Notes: generated by a model from the letters alone, not told the origin. Shown: positions 27,897 through 37,513, counted from the first letter of the stretch. The stretch is 64,000 bases of DNA from Candidatus Kuenenia stuttgartensis (GCA_945876185.1 CAMCMZ010000003.1:15454-79453); one strand, 5' to 3'. A program made the numbers and translations.

Positions 27897-28976
27897 ATGA
27901 TCCAGGTCGCCATCATCGGCTGCGGTGTCATCGGCCAGGTCCATGCGGCAGCGGTCGCTGCGGTGGGCGGGGCTTCCCTGCGTTGGGCCTGCGATCTGGT
28001 TCCGGCCCGCTGCGCCCGAATCCAGGCTGAGCGCCGCACGTTGGATGCCGCCGAGGTCCTGGCCGACCCTGACGTCGATCTGGTCTGTATCGGCACACCG
28101 CATCCCACCCATGCCGAGCTGGTGGTCGCTGCCCTGGCTGCCGGCAAGCACGTCTGGTGTGAAAAGCCGCTGGCGTCACATCCGACTGACCTGGATCGGA
28201 TCCTAGCTGCTGCTGCCGCGCAGCCGCAACTCGTCGCCAGCGGCGTCTTCCAGCATCGTTTCAGTCCGCTGGCGCGCCGCTTGCGCGAGTTGATCGCCGC
28301 TGGCGGCTTCGGCCGTATCAACGCGCTGGACATCGAATTCGCCTGCACCCGCGATGCGGCCTACTACGCCAGCGCGGATTGGCGCGGATCCTGGCGCGGC
28401 GAAGGCGGTGGGGTCGCACTCAACCAGGCGATCCACACTCTCGACCTTGGGTTGTGGCTGACTGAAGCGAAGCCGATCCAGGTCACCACTCAGGCCATGC
28501 GCCGGCGGTTGGCGTGCATCGAAGTCGAAACCAGGCTCCTGGCCAGCATCGCCTGCCAGGATGGATTGATCGCCACTTTCAGGGCTGACAACGATAGCGT
28601 CACCGCCTGGCATCAGCGCATCGTCCTCACCGGCACGCTCGGACGCGTGGTGCTCGGTGATCAGCATCATCTGGAAACTATCGAACATTCCGATTCGGCA
28701 CTGCGGGCTGATCTGCGGGCTCTGGCGGGACAGTCGCCTGATGGCCGGCCGCTGGGCGGCGGCAAGATCGAGTACGGCGATCAGCACACGGCGCAGTTGG
28801 CGGATGTGCTGGCCGCCATCCGTGGCGGGCGTCCGCCCTTGGTCAGCGTGGCCGACGCGGCACTTTCCAACGCGGTCGTCCTGGCCTGCTACCAGTCCCA
28901 GGCGACGGGATCACCCATCGACCTGCCGATCGACCCGCGTCTCTACTGCACCCCGCAACTACCCCTGGAGTCCTGA
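27897..28976 (+). CDS. Gfo/Idh/MocA-family oxidoreductase
   Basis: IIGCGVIG, TPHPTH, KHVWCEKP, GGGVALNQAIHTLD. Confidence 0.92.
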   Translation: MIQVAIIGCGVIGQVHAAAVAAVGGASLRWACDLVPARCARIQAERRTLDAAEVLADPDVDLVCIGTPHPTHAELVVAALAAGKHVWCEKPLASHPTDLDRILAAAAAQPQLVASGVFQHRFSPLARRLRELIAAGGFGRINALDIEFACTRDAAYYASADWRGSWRGEGGGVALNQAIHTLDLGLWLTEAKPIQVTTQAMRRRLACIEVETRLLASIACQDGLIATFRADNDSVTAWHQRIVLTGTLGRVVLGDQHHLETIEHSDSALRADLRALAGQSPDGRPLGGGKIEYGDQHTAQLADVLAAIRGGRPPLVSVADAALSNAVVLACYQSQATGSPIDLPIDPRLYCTPQLPLES

Positions 28977-28977
28977 G

Positions 28978-30153
28978 ATGAATGCGAAATCCGTCGTGCG
29001 CCTTGGCATCGTCGGTGTCGGCAACATGGGCAGCGCCCACGCCAACGCCATTCTCGAACGCAAGGTCCCGCGCCTGGAATTGGCTGCGGTCTGCGATCGC
29101 GATCCGGCCCGGCTGGCACGATTCGCGGCGATACCGGGTTTTGCGTCCCACCTCGAGATGCTCGCGAGCGGTCTGGTCGATGCAGTGCTGATCGCCACCC
29201 CGCACTACGATCATACCGGCATCGGCCTCGACGTCCTGGCTGCCGGCAAGCACCTGCTGGTCGAAAAGCCGTTATCGGTACACAAGGCCGACTGCGAACG
29301 GCTGATCCGGGCCTGGCAGAAGCACCCGGAACCACGACCGGTGTTCGCCGAGATGTTCAACCAGCGCACGGATCCGCGTTATGCCAAGCTGCGCCAGCTC
29401 ATCCAGACTGGCGAACTCGGGGCGATCCGTCGGATCAACTGGATCATCACCGACTGGTTCCGCACCGAGGCCTATTATGCCTCGGGCGGGTGGCGGGCGA
29501 CCTGGGCCGGCGAGGGCGGCGGCGTGCTGATGAACCAATGCCCACATCAGCTCGATCTCTGGCAATGGCTGTTCGGCCTGCCAGCGAAGGTGCGGGCGCA
29601 CTGCCAGTTCGGCAGATTCCACGCCATCGAGGTCGAGGACGCCTGCACGGCGTACCTGGAATACGCTGACGGTGCGACCGGGGTCTTCATCACCACCACC
29701 GGCGAATCGCCCGGCACCAACCGGTTGGAGGTCGCGGGCGAGCGCGGCCGCATCGTGATCGAAGGTCCCGGCCCGCTGACCTGGATCCGCAACCAGGTGC
29801 CGATGAGCGAGTTCAGCCAGACGACGAAAGCCGCGTTCGACCGCCCCGAGGCCTGGAAGGTCGAAGTCCCCTGCCCAGGCGCAAACGGCCAACACCTCGA
29901 GATCCTGCGCAATTTCGCCGATGCCATCCTGGCTGGCGCACCGCTCATCGGTCCCGCTCCGGAAGGCGTCCACGGGGTCGAACTTGGCAACGCGATGCTG
30001 ATGTCGGCGCTGTGGGATCGCACGGTGGCGTTGCCGCTCGACGCGGCGGCGGTCGCCGTCGAATACCAACGCCTGATCGCCTCCAGCCGGCACAAACCCG
30101 AGCCGGCGGCCAGCGCCATCGCGAGCGACTTTGCCGCTTCGCATCGACGCTGA
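28978..30153 (+). CDS. Gfo/Idh/MocA-family oxidoreductase
   Basis: GIVGVGNMG, ATPHYDH, HLLVEKP, GGGVLMNQCPHQLD. Confidence 0.93.
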   Translation: MNAKSVVRLGIVGVGNMGSAHANAILERKVPRLELAAVCDRDPARLARFAAIPGFASHLEMLASGLVDAVLIATPHYDHTGIGLDVLAAGKHLLVEKPLSVHKADCERLIRAWQKHPEPRPVFAEMFNQRTDPRYAKLRQLIQTGELGAIRRINWIITDWFRTEAYYASGGWRATWAGEGGGVLMNQCPHQLDLWQWLFGLPAKVRAHCQFGRFHAIEVEDACTAYLEYADGATGVFITTTGESPGTNRLEVAGERGRIVIEGPGPLTWIRNQVPMSEFSQTTKAAFDRPEAWKVEVPCPGANGQHLEILRNFADAILAGAPLIGPAPEGVHGVELGNAMLMSALWDRTVALPLDAAAVAVEYQRLIASSRHKPEPAASAIASDFAASHRR

Positions 30154-30223
30154 GCTGACTCGCTCTATCCACCACATAACTTTCATCCACACAACTAGCC
30201 ACCTCACAACTAGCAGGAATCCC

Positions 30224-31003
30224 ATGCTCATCTCCCAGGTCGCGGCGCAGCTCTTCACCGTGCGCGAGTTCTGCAAAACCGCTGAGACCTTCGCCGAGTC
30301 GATGCGCAAGGTCCGCGCCATCGGCTACCAGGCGGTGCAGATCTCCGGCGTCGGGCCGATCCCGCCGGCCGAGATCCGGCGGATCTGCGCCGACCATGGG
30401 CTGACGATCTGCGCCACCCATGAACCCGGCAAGCTGATCTGCGACGAACCGCAGGCGGTGATCGACCGTCTGGCGGCGCTCGGGACCCGGTACACCGCCT
30501 ATCCTTTTCCCCACCTCCCGCTGACCTGCCTCGACGAGGTCAAGGCGTTGGCTGAAAACCTCGACCGTTCCGGTGCGGCGCTGCGTCAGGCCGGGCAGGT
30601 GCTGTGCTACCACAACCACCACCACGAATTCCGGCGTTTCGCCGGGAAGACCGCGCTGCAATGGATCTACGATCTGGCCGATCCCCACAACCTGCAGGGC
30701 GAACCCGACACCTATTGGGTCCAGACTGGCGGCGGCGATCCGGTAGAATGGTGCACCCGCCTGCACGGCCGGCTTCCGCTGCTGCACCTGAAGGACTACG
30801 CGATCAGCGCCGAGCCGAAGCCGATCATGGCCGAGATCGGCAACGGCAACCTCAACTGGCGCGCCATCGTCGCCGCCGCCGAAACCAGCGGTTGCGCCTG
30901 GTACATCGTCGAGCAGGACACCTGCCCCGGCGATCCGTTCGAATCGCTGCGGCAGTCTTTCGCCTACCTCAGCACGCACCTTGCGGCCCGCCCGCCGGCC
31001 TGA
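30224..31003 (+). CDS. Sugar phosphate isomerase/epimerase (xylose-isomerase-like TIM barrel)
   Basis: YHNHHHEF, EPDTYW, LHLKD, EIGNG, IVEQD. Confidence 0.9.
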   Translation: MLISQVAAQLFTVREFCKTAETFAESMRKVRAIGYQAVQISGVGPIPPAEIRRICADHGLTICATHEPGKLICDEPQAVIDRLAALGTRYTAYPFPHLPLTCLDEVKALAENLDRSGAALRQAGQVLCYHNHHHEFRRFAGKTALQWIYDLADPHNLQGEPDTYWVQTGGGDPVEWCTRLHGRLPLLHLKDYAISAEPKPIMAEIGNGNLNWRAIVAAAETSGCAWYIVEQDTCPGDPFESLRQSFAYLSTHLAARPPA

Positions 31004-31098
31004 GGGCCTGAGGGCCTGAGGGCATGTAGGCCTGTGAGCCTGCGAGCCCGCCGGGCTGAGCTAGAGCAGAAACAAACCACCCCAACCGCGAGGACATC

Positions 31099-32022
31099 AT
31101 GTATTTCACCGGTTTCGCCGACGAGGCTGCCAAGGACCTGGCGGGACAGATCGCCGCCACCCAGGAGCTCGGCTGGTCGAACATCGAAGCGCGCAACATC
31201 GATGGCCGCAATCTGCACGATCTCGATGACGCCGCCTTCGATCGGGTCTGCGAGCAGCTCGCCGCCACGGGCGTGCGGATCAACTGCTTCGGCTCGGCGA
31301 TCGCCAACTGGGCCAAGTCCATCGACCAGCCGTTCGACACCTCGCTCGCTGAGGCCCGACGCGCAATCCCGCGCATGCAGCGCCTGGGAACACAGCTCAT
31401 CCGCATCATGTCCTTCGCCGTGCGCAAGGATGCGGACGGTCGGGTCGCAGACGACCAGGCCGAGGCGGAGCGCTTCCGCCGCCTGCGCGAGCTCCTGCGT
31501 CTGTTCAGCGACGCCGGCCTGACCCCGGTGCATGAAAACTGCATGAATTACGGCGGCATGGGCTGGACCTTCACCTTGCGGCTGCTGGAAAACGTTCCTG
31601 GGCTGAAGCTCGTCTTCGACACCGGCAATCCGACCATGAGCGAGGATTTCAGCGTCGCGCCCGACCCGGATGGACGCCGGCCGCAGCAGTCCTCGTGGGA
31701 GTTCTACCGCCAGGTGCGCGACCACGTGGCCTACATCCACATCAAGGACGGTCGCATCGGGACTGACGGCAAACACGTCCACACCATGCCGGGCGCGGGC
31801 GACGGCGATGTCCGCCAGGTCCTGACGGACCTCCTGGTCCGGGGTTACGACGGCGGGATCTCGATCGAACCCCACCTCGCCTCGGTCTACCACGATCCAT
31901 CGTTGTCCAACCCCGCAGAAGTGATGCGTGCCTGTTACCGCGAGTACGGGCGCCAGGTGATCGCCCTGGTCGCTGACATCTCAAGGCAGCTCCCTCAGGC
32001 CGGACGCCTCAAGATCAGGTAG
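31099..32022 (+). CDS. Sugar phosphate isomerase/epimerase (xylose-isomerase-like TIM barrel)
   Basis: TGFADE, VHENC, VFDTGN, HIKDG, ISIEPH. Confidence 0.9.
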   Translation: MYFTGFADEAAKDLAGQIAATQELGWSNIEARNIDGRNLHDLDDAAFDRVCEQLAATGVRINCFGSAIANWAKSIDQPFDTSLAEARRAIPRMQRLGTQLIRIMSFAVRKDADGRVADDQAEAERFRRLRELLRLFSDAGLTPVHENCMNYGGMGWTFTLRLLENVPGLKLVFDTGNPTMSEDFSVAPDPDGRRPQQSSWEFYRQVRDHVAYIHIKDGRIGTDGKHVHTMPGAGDGDVRQVLTDLLVRGYDGGISIEPHLASVYHDPSLSNPAEVMRACYREYGRQVIALVADISRQLPQAGRLKIR

Positions 32023-32090
32023 TTCGCCTGCCCAGCGGTGGCGCCCCCTGGGGTTGGGCCAGCCTGGGTTGCTGCTAGGCTGCGGGCCTC

Positions 32091-32645
32091 ATGGCGACCG
32101 CTCCCAAAGCATCTTCCCAAGGGAAGCCGACTGGCGGCGGCAAACCGGGTCCAGGCAAGTCCAGCGCCAAGGCGCGGCCTGAGATCGAAGAGATCCTCTA
32201 CAACCGCAAGCTCCGCCATGACTACGCGGTGCTGGATACCTGGGAGGCCGGCCTGGTGCTCATGGGCAGCGAGGTCAAATCGCTACGCAGCAAGGACGTG
32301 CAATGGGGCGACGCGCACGCGCGCCTGCATGACGATGGTCAATTGTGGCTCTACGGGATGCACATCGGTGAGTGGCGCTTCGCCAACGCCTTCGGGCATC
32401 AGCCCCGGCAACCACGCAAACTGCTGCTGCACCGACGTGAAATCGACCGCATCGCGGGCAAGATCAAGGGCAAGGGTCTGGCCTTGGTGCCAGAGAAGCT
32501 CTTCTTTCGCAAGGGCTGGGCGAAGATCGCTATCTGCCTGTGCGAGGGGAAGACGCGCGGCGACAAGCGGGCGGATCTGGTCCAGAAGGCCCAGAACCGC
32601 GATGTCGAGCGTGAAATGGCGCGACGGATGAAGCGTGGGGGTTGA
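32091..32645 (+). CDS. smpB: SsrA-binding protein SmpB
   Basis: NRKLRHDY...EAGLVLMGSEVKSLR, RKLLLHRREI, GKTRGDKR. Confidence 0.97.
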   Translation: MATAPKASSQGKPTGGGKPGPGKSSAKARPEIEEILYNRKLRHDYAVLDTWEAGLVLMGSEVKSLRSKDVQWGDAHARLHDDGQLWLYGMHIGEWRFANAFGHQPRQPRKLLLHRREIDRIAGKIKGKGLALVPEKLFFRKGWAKIAICLCEGKTRGDKRADLVQKAQNRDVEREMARRMKRGG

Positions 32646-32868
32646 CCTGCTACGTAGCGTTTAGGTTGCGCTCTTGTCGGTCATCGACGCCTCGGCGTTG
32701 CACACAATCTCGTTAGCTCAGCGGCGGGCTGCTGCCACAGCTCTGTCCTTCTTGTTCTCTCTTCCAAATCGATTTGGCCGGATGCCCTGTCCTACCGTAG
32801 GCACCCTTCGTCTCGTCGTCGTTGGTTCTGGCTCCGGCCTGCGGTTGACTGGGCTGACCCCCCCCTAG

Positions 32869-32884
32869 AGTTCCACGTGGAACG
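32869..32884. promoter_or_regulatory. parS: parS centromere site 1
   Basis: aGTTCCACGTGGAACg: perfect 14-bp palindromic core of the chromosomal parS consensus, upstream of parA. Confidence 0.9.
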
Positions 32885-32922
32885 CCCGACCGCCCGGTGG
32901 CTCTCCTGGCCGCCTGCCTTCG

Positions 32923-32938
32923 CGTTCCACGTGGAACC
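32923..32938. promoter_or_regulatory. parS: parS centromere site 2
   Basis: cGTTCCACGTGGAACc, ending 1 bp before the parA ATG (32940). Confidence 0.9.
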
Positions 32939-32939
32939 C

Positions 32940-33674
32940 ATGGGATCAGTCATCGCGGTATCGAACCAGAAAGGCGGCGTGGGAAAGACCACGTCGGTGG
33001 TGAACTTGGCTGGCCTGTGCGCCTTGGCAGGCAAGCGGGTCCTGGTCATCGATTCCGATCCACAGGGGAATGCCACCAGTGTGTTGGCCCCTGGCCACAC
33101 CGGAGACTCGATCTACGCGCGCGGCAAACCCGTTGCCTCTACCATTGCTGGTGTGGACTGCTGTCCATCAGGTTCGGATCTGATCGACCAGGAACGTGCC
33201 TTGCATCGGGATGGCGACGGTCATTTTCGCCTCAGACAGTTGATGGATCCGTATAGACCCGTCTATGATGTGGTCTTCGTCGACTGTCCACCCAACTTGT
33301 CCTTTCTGCCGACCAATGCGTTGCTGGCCTCGGATTGGTTGTTGGTGCCTCTGCAGTGCGAGTACTACGCCCTGGAGGGCCTCAGCCAGTTGCTGGCCTA
33401 CATCGAGCACCTGCGCGAGACGGCCGGGGCGAAGATCGAGCTGGCCGGCGTGCTGCTGACCATGCATCAGCCAGAGTCACCCTTGGCGCGGCAGGTGGTA
33501 GATGAGATCCACCGTCACTTCCCCGACAACCCCTTCCGGCATCCCATTCCGCGCGACCTCGCTCTGGCCGCAGCCCCAAGCCACAGCGCCGCTGGCTATC
33601 TTTATGATCCGCTCAGCCCGGGTGCGGTGGCGTACCTCGCAGCCGCCAAGGAGCTTCTCCATGTCATTGGGTGA
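32940..33674 (+). CDS. parA: Chromosome partitioning ATPase ParA/Soj
   Basis: Deviant Walker A NQKGGVGKTT, DSDPQGNA, DCPP, PLQCEYYALEGL. Confidence 0.96.
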   Translation: MGSVIAVSNQKGGVGKTTSVVNLAGLCALAGKRVLVIDSDPQGNATSVLAPGHTGDSIYARGKPVASTIAGVDCCPSGSDLIDQERALHRDGDGHFRLRQLMDPYRPVYDVVFVDCPPNLSFLPTNALLASDWLLVPLQCEYYALEGLSQLLAYIEHLRETAGAKIELAGVLLTMHQPESPLARQVVDEIHRHFPDNPFRHPIPRDLALAAAPSHSAAGYLYDPLSPGAVAYLAAAKELLHVIG

Positions 33675-34650
33675 TAATTCTTTGGGTCGCAGCCTCAGCC
33701 AGGTCTTCGCCAAGACCCAGCGGCGCGAGCCGACCAAGGGCTATCTGGAGGTCGACCTCGGCCTCATCCGGCCGCCTGGCGCAAACCCGCGCACCGATTT
33801 CGACCAGTCGGCTCTGCAGGAGTTGGTCGCGAGCATCCGTCAGCATGGGATCCTCCAGCCTATCGTGGTGCTCAAGCGCGATCCCGGTTACGAGATCCTG
33901 TCCGGCGAACGGCGTTGGCGCGCCGCCAAGCTGGTCGGACTGGCCAAGGTGCCGGTGGTGGTGCGCGATGAGGAGGACCCCCGCCACGTCGCCGAGCTGC
34001 GGCTGGTCGAAAACGTCCAGCGTGCTGACCTCAACCCGCTTGAACTCGCCCGGGCCTATCAGGCGCTGATCGATGAACACGGCCTGTCGCACGACCAGGT
34101 TGCTGACCGCGTAGGCAAGGAGCGCTCCAGCATCACCAACGCACTGCGCCTGCTCGCTTTGCCACGTGCGATCCAGGATCTGGTCGCCGGTGGTGGCCTG
34201 AGCGCCGGCCACGCCAAGGCGCTCATGGGCATCACCGATCCTGTCTGGCAGACCGCCCTGGCCGAGCAGATCCAGGCCGAGGGCCTGTCGGTGCGCGAGG
34301 CTGAATCCTTGGCGAAGAACGGTCCGGTGCCATCTGTGGGCGAGCGCATCGCCGCCGCCCGCGCCGCCAAGGCGCCGCACCTGCGCGAGCTCGAGACCAA
34401 CCTCTACCACCTGTTCGGTAGCCGAGTCGCAATCCGGGAAAAAGCCGCTGGAAAGGGCGCGCTCACCATCCATTTCGACAGTCGTGAGCAGTTCCAGCGC
34501 GTGGTGGCGATCATGGATCGCTTCATCAAGCAGTCGAACCTGCGCTCGCCTGCCCCACCTGCCTCGACCCCGCCGAACTCGGCTACCCAAGGTCCGCTCG
34601 CACCAGCGCCGGTTGTCCCGGTACCTCCCCCGCCTGCTGCTACCGGTTGA
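33661..34650 (+). CDS. parB: Chromosome partitioning CTPase ParB/Spo0J
   Basis: LGRSL N-terminus, NPRTDF, GILQPIVV, GERRWRAA, ENVQRADLNPLE, HTH ERSSITN. Confidence 0.96.
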   Translation: MSLGDNSLGRSLSQVFAKTQRREPTKGYLEVDLGLIRPPGANPRTDFDQSALQELVASIRQHGILQPIVVLKRDPGYEILSGERRWRAAKLVGLAKVPVVVRDEEDPRHVAELRLVENVQRADLNPLELARAYQALIDEHGLSHDQVADRVGKERSSITNALRLLALPRAIQDLVAGGGLSAGHAKALMGITDPVWQTALAEQIQAEGLSVREAESLAKNGPVPSVGERIAAARAAKAPHLRELETNLYHLFGSRVAIREKAAGKGALTIHFDSREQFQRVVAIMDRFIKQSNLRSPAPPASTPPNSATQGPLAPAPVVPVPPPPAATG

Positions 34651-34704
34651 GCTGACTCCGTATCGCGTCTCGACTGTCCAACCAAGTTTCTAGGATGCCC
34701 GCCG

Positions 34705-35199
34705 ATGGAATGGGAAGGCAAAGTCTCGCTCGCGTCGCACCGCTGCACCGGATCCGGCGAGGCCATTCCTCCTGGCTCCTGGTGCTGGTCCGCCCTGGTG
34801 CTGGTGCACGGCACCTTCGTCCGGCGCGATCATGCTGCGGCGGCCTGGGCTGCGGCGGATCGCTCCGCCATCCTCAGCTGGTGGAAAGTCATGGTGCCGG
34901 AACCAGCCAAGGTCCGGCCTAAACTTCGCCTCGAGGCCACCGTGTTGCGGCGGATCTTCACCGACCTCAAGGACGCCCCGGCCCGGCCGCAGCGCTGCTT
35001 CGCCTATGTGGTGGCGTTGTGCCTCGTCCGCATCCGGGCCTTCCGCATTCTTGACATCAGCCGCATCGACGGCGCGGCGGTCATCCTGTTCGAAGATCGT
35101 TCCGGCAAGATCGCCCACCGCCTGCCCGATCCAGGGATGACTCCGGAAGAGGAGGCCGCGATGCACGAAAACCTGCTCAACGTCGTCGCTGTTGGGTGA
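34705..35199 (+). CDS. Conserved hypothetical protein, planctomycete-type
   Basis: Coherent codon usage, co-directional with parAB; motif pattern RC..SG....PG...SAL...R.D...W...WWK recalled as typical of planctomycete hypotheticals (not database-checked). Confidence 0.6.
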   Translation: MEWEGKVSLASHRCTGSGEAIPPGSWCWSALVLVHGTFVRRDHAAAAWAAADRSAILSWWKVMVPEPAKVRPKLRLEATVLRRIFTDLKDAPARPQRCFAYVVALCLVRIRAFRILDISRIDGAAVILFEDRSGKIAHRLPDPGMTPEEEAAMHENLLNVVAVG

Positions 35200-35210
35200 T
35201 CTTGCTCCGG

Positions 35211-35798
35211 TTATCGATCCAAGCGAATTGGTTGTATATCCACGTACGGTATTTCGGGCCGCAGCTGGGGTGCGGATCTGGCGCCAGTACTTAAGCCGTC
35301 TTGGCGATCACCCAGCGCCAAACGGTCGCCTTTGGCCTTTGGCTTTTTCCCGAGGATATCCACCTCTTGCGTGGATGGCAGACGCATCCGACGCAGGGCG
35401 GCGGGTTCCGTCTGCTCGTCGAACCAGAGACGCGAATCCCATTCGCGATCACGGCTCGCATCGGCAAAGGCGCTCGCCGGCCGCTTCGGTGCTTTCGGGG
35501 TCATTGCCCGGGCTTCGGAGATAGCTTGTTGCAGACGCAGGATCTCCGGTCCGTTGCTGGTCGAGCTACCGTTCGCGATGTTACTGAGATCCTGGATGGA
35601 CTGACCCGCATCCAACACCTCGGCAACCGGGGCACCTGCTGTGCTCGCCTTGCCCAGGGCTGTGCCAGCGGCTCCGGTCAACGCGTCCGCTGCGACCCCT
35701 TGGGGCGCTGTAACCGCTTGGATGGCCTGACCGATACAGCCAGACAAGGGCAAGCCGACTGCCCCGAGCATCAGCGCGATGAGAGCTCGCGAACGCAT
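35211..35798 (-). CDS. Hypothetical lipoprotein
   Basis: MRSR + hydrophobic stretch + LSGC lipobox. Confidence 0.55.
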   Translation of the reverse strand: MRSRALIALMLGAVGLPLSGCIGQAIQAVTAPQGVAADALTGAAGTALGKASTAGAPVAEVLDAGQSIQDLSNIANGSSTSNGPEILRLQQAISEARAMTPKAPKRPASAFADASRDREWDSRLWFDEQTEPAALRRMRLPSTQEVDILGKKPKAKGDRLALGDRQDGLSTGARSAPQLRPEIPYVDIQPIRLDR

Positions 35799-35889
35799 AT
35801 GGTCGAAAGCGTCGGAAACCCCCTCACCCTGCCAAGCCCCTGCTTCTGCTTCCCGCGTCCTGCTTGCGCTTCTGTGTACTATTGCGTCC

Positions 35890-36380
35890 GGCTGCTTTTC
35901 GACGCGACAGGGTGTTAAATTTTCTGCGACTCCAGCCGTTTCCGGACGAAAGCTCCTGGTTTCCACCACCCATGCGGTACCTGATCACGGATCCGGTCGG
36001 ACACGGGTCATATATTGGTTCTTTCCGACGCCAGCGTTTCTCCTATATCTAATTGTAGTAACTATACTTAAATGGTTTCCGACGATTTCAACATAGCAGA
36101 GGGAGAAGAAGTATTTATATATCTGACCTTACCATAAGAAACCTCTCCCCTGAACCGCTCACAGTCGTACTGACCTCCAGATCAGCACCCGGTAAACCCT
36201 ACCAGCACACTACCAGCACCCGGCCATGATCTGACCATCGCATCACCAACCTGTCTGGATCATCATCATCCCGGATCGCACGGGCGTGCTCCACCGTGCT
36301 CCACCCTCCTTCCTCGCTGCAATTCCCATCCGACCCACCATAACGGCACCAACGCCAAACCGCTTTTATCTCCTCTGGAA
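35890..36380. other. Candidate replication origin / AT-rich unwinding element upstream of dnaN
   Basis: 36041-36140 is 68% AT by count in a GC-rich window; repeated TTTCCGACG-like boxes; 3 kb from parS-parA-parB; immediately 5' of dnaN; no canonical DnaA box seen. Confidence 0.5.
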
Positions 36381-36385
36381 CCGCC

Positions 36386-37513
36386 ATGCATCTCCTCTGC
36401 CAGCGCGACATCCTCCTGGCCGCCATCCAGGCGGCCGACGCCATCGTTCCGACCAACTCGACCAAACCGATCTTGAGCAACCTCCTCATCGAGGCGCTGG
36501 AAGACCGCGTCGAGATCGTGGCCACCGACACCCAGGTCGGCCTGCGCGCCGTGGTACGCCGGATTGAGGTCCGTGCCCCCGGCCAGGCGGTCGTCAACGC
36601 ACGGCAGATCTCGGCGATCCTGAAGGAGTCGCAGTCGAGCACGGTGAACATCCACCTGGAAACCGGCACCGACCGCCACCTCATGAAGGTCGAACTGTCC
36701 GATGGTCTGTACCAAGTGCCCGCGCTCGTCGGTGAAAGCCTGCCGCCGATATCGCCGTTCCCGACCAGCCACGAGACCGTGCGCCTGATGGCCAGCCGCC
36801 TCGATGAGATGCTCAACCAGACCGCATTCGCGATGGATAAAGACCGCACCAGCGCCGTGCTGTCCGGTCTCAGCCTGTCCTACGGCAACAGCGAATTCAT
36901 CCTAGCTGCGACCGATGGCAAGGTGCTGTGCGAGGCCGTCGAGCGCGCCGACATCTTCAATGTCAAAGATCGCGTCAACGTGGTCGTACCTGCCGGCACC
37001 GTGGGTCACCTGCAGCGCATCATGTCGGCGGCGCGTCCTGATACGGTGGAGATCACCATCGCGGGCAAACTCGCCTTCCTGCGTCTGGTCACCCTCACCG
37101 GACTCCATATCGAATTGTCGAGCCGGCTCGTTGAAGGAACGTTCCCCTCCTACCGCGCCGCACTGCCCAGCGCAGGCGGCAGCGCACGCGTGACCTTCCC
37201 TACCGCCGATCTCGCGGCCGCTGTGCGTCGTGTCGCGCTCATGGTCAGCCAGACCAGTCGCGGCGTGGTCATGCAGCTTGAACCCGGCCAGGCGACCTTC
37301 ACCAACCTGAACTACACCAACGGCAGCGCGCGCATTCCGGTGCCCTGCGAATACGCCGGCGCGCCGGTCAAACTCGGCGTCGACGTGAAGTACCTCGGTG
37401 ACGTGTTGCGCGTCTATCGCAGTGATCACATCGGCATCGACCTCGGTCGCGGCTTGGTCATGCGCGAGCCCGACGCGACCTACCTGATCATGCCGATCAG
37501 CCTGCCGAACTGA
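36386..37513 (+). CDS. dnaN: DNA polymerase III beta sliding clamp
   Basis: STKPILSNLLI, ATDTQV, AMDKDRTSAVLSG, ATDGKVL, SRLVEGTFPSY, YLIMP. Confidence 0.95.
   Translation: MHLLCQRDILLAAIQAADAIVPTNSTKPILSNLLIEALEDRVEIVATDTQVGLRAVVRRIEVRAPGQAVVNARQISAILKESQSSTVNIHLETGTDRHLMKVELSDGLYQVPALVGESLPPISPFPTSHETVRLMASRLDEMLNQTAFAMDKDRTSAVLSGLSLSYGNSEFILAATDGKVLCEAVERADIFNVKDRVNVVVPAGTVGHLQRIMSAARPDTVEITIAGKLAFLRLVTLTGLHIELSSRLVEGTFPSYRAALPSAGGSARVTFPTADLAAAVRRVALMVSQTSRGVVMQLEPGQATFTNLNYTNGSARIPVPCEYAGAPVKLGVDVKYLGDVLRVYRSDHIGIDLGRGLVMREPDATYLIMPISLPN

Noticed and set aside
30183-30191. DnaA box-like TCATCCACA
   Set aside because: A single 8/9 match in an A/C-rich leader, 6 kb from the AT-rich tract; expected by chance
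30998-31050. CCTGAGGG 8-mer tandem as a functional element
   Set aside because: Three degenerate copies at a stop codon; likely simple slippage
32646-32868. tmRNA (ssrA) next to smpB
   Set aside because: No GGGG(C/G)..5' acceptor stem, T-arm or CCA end recognisable
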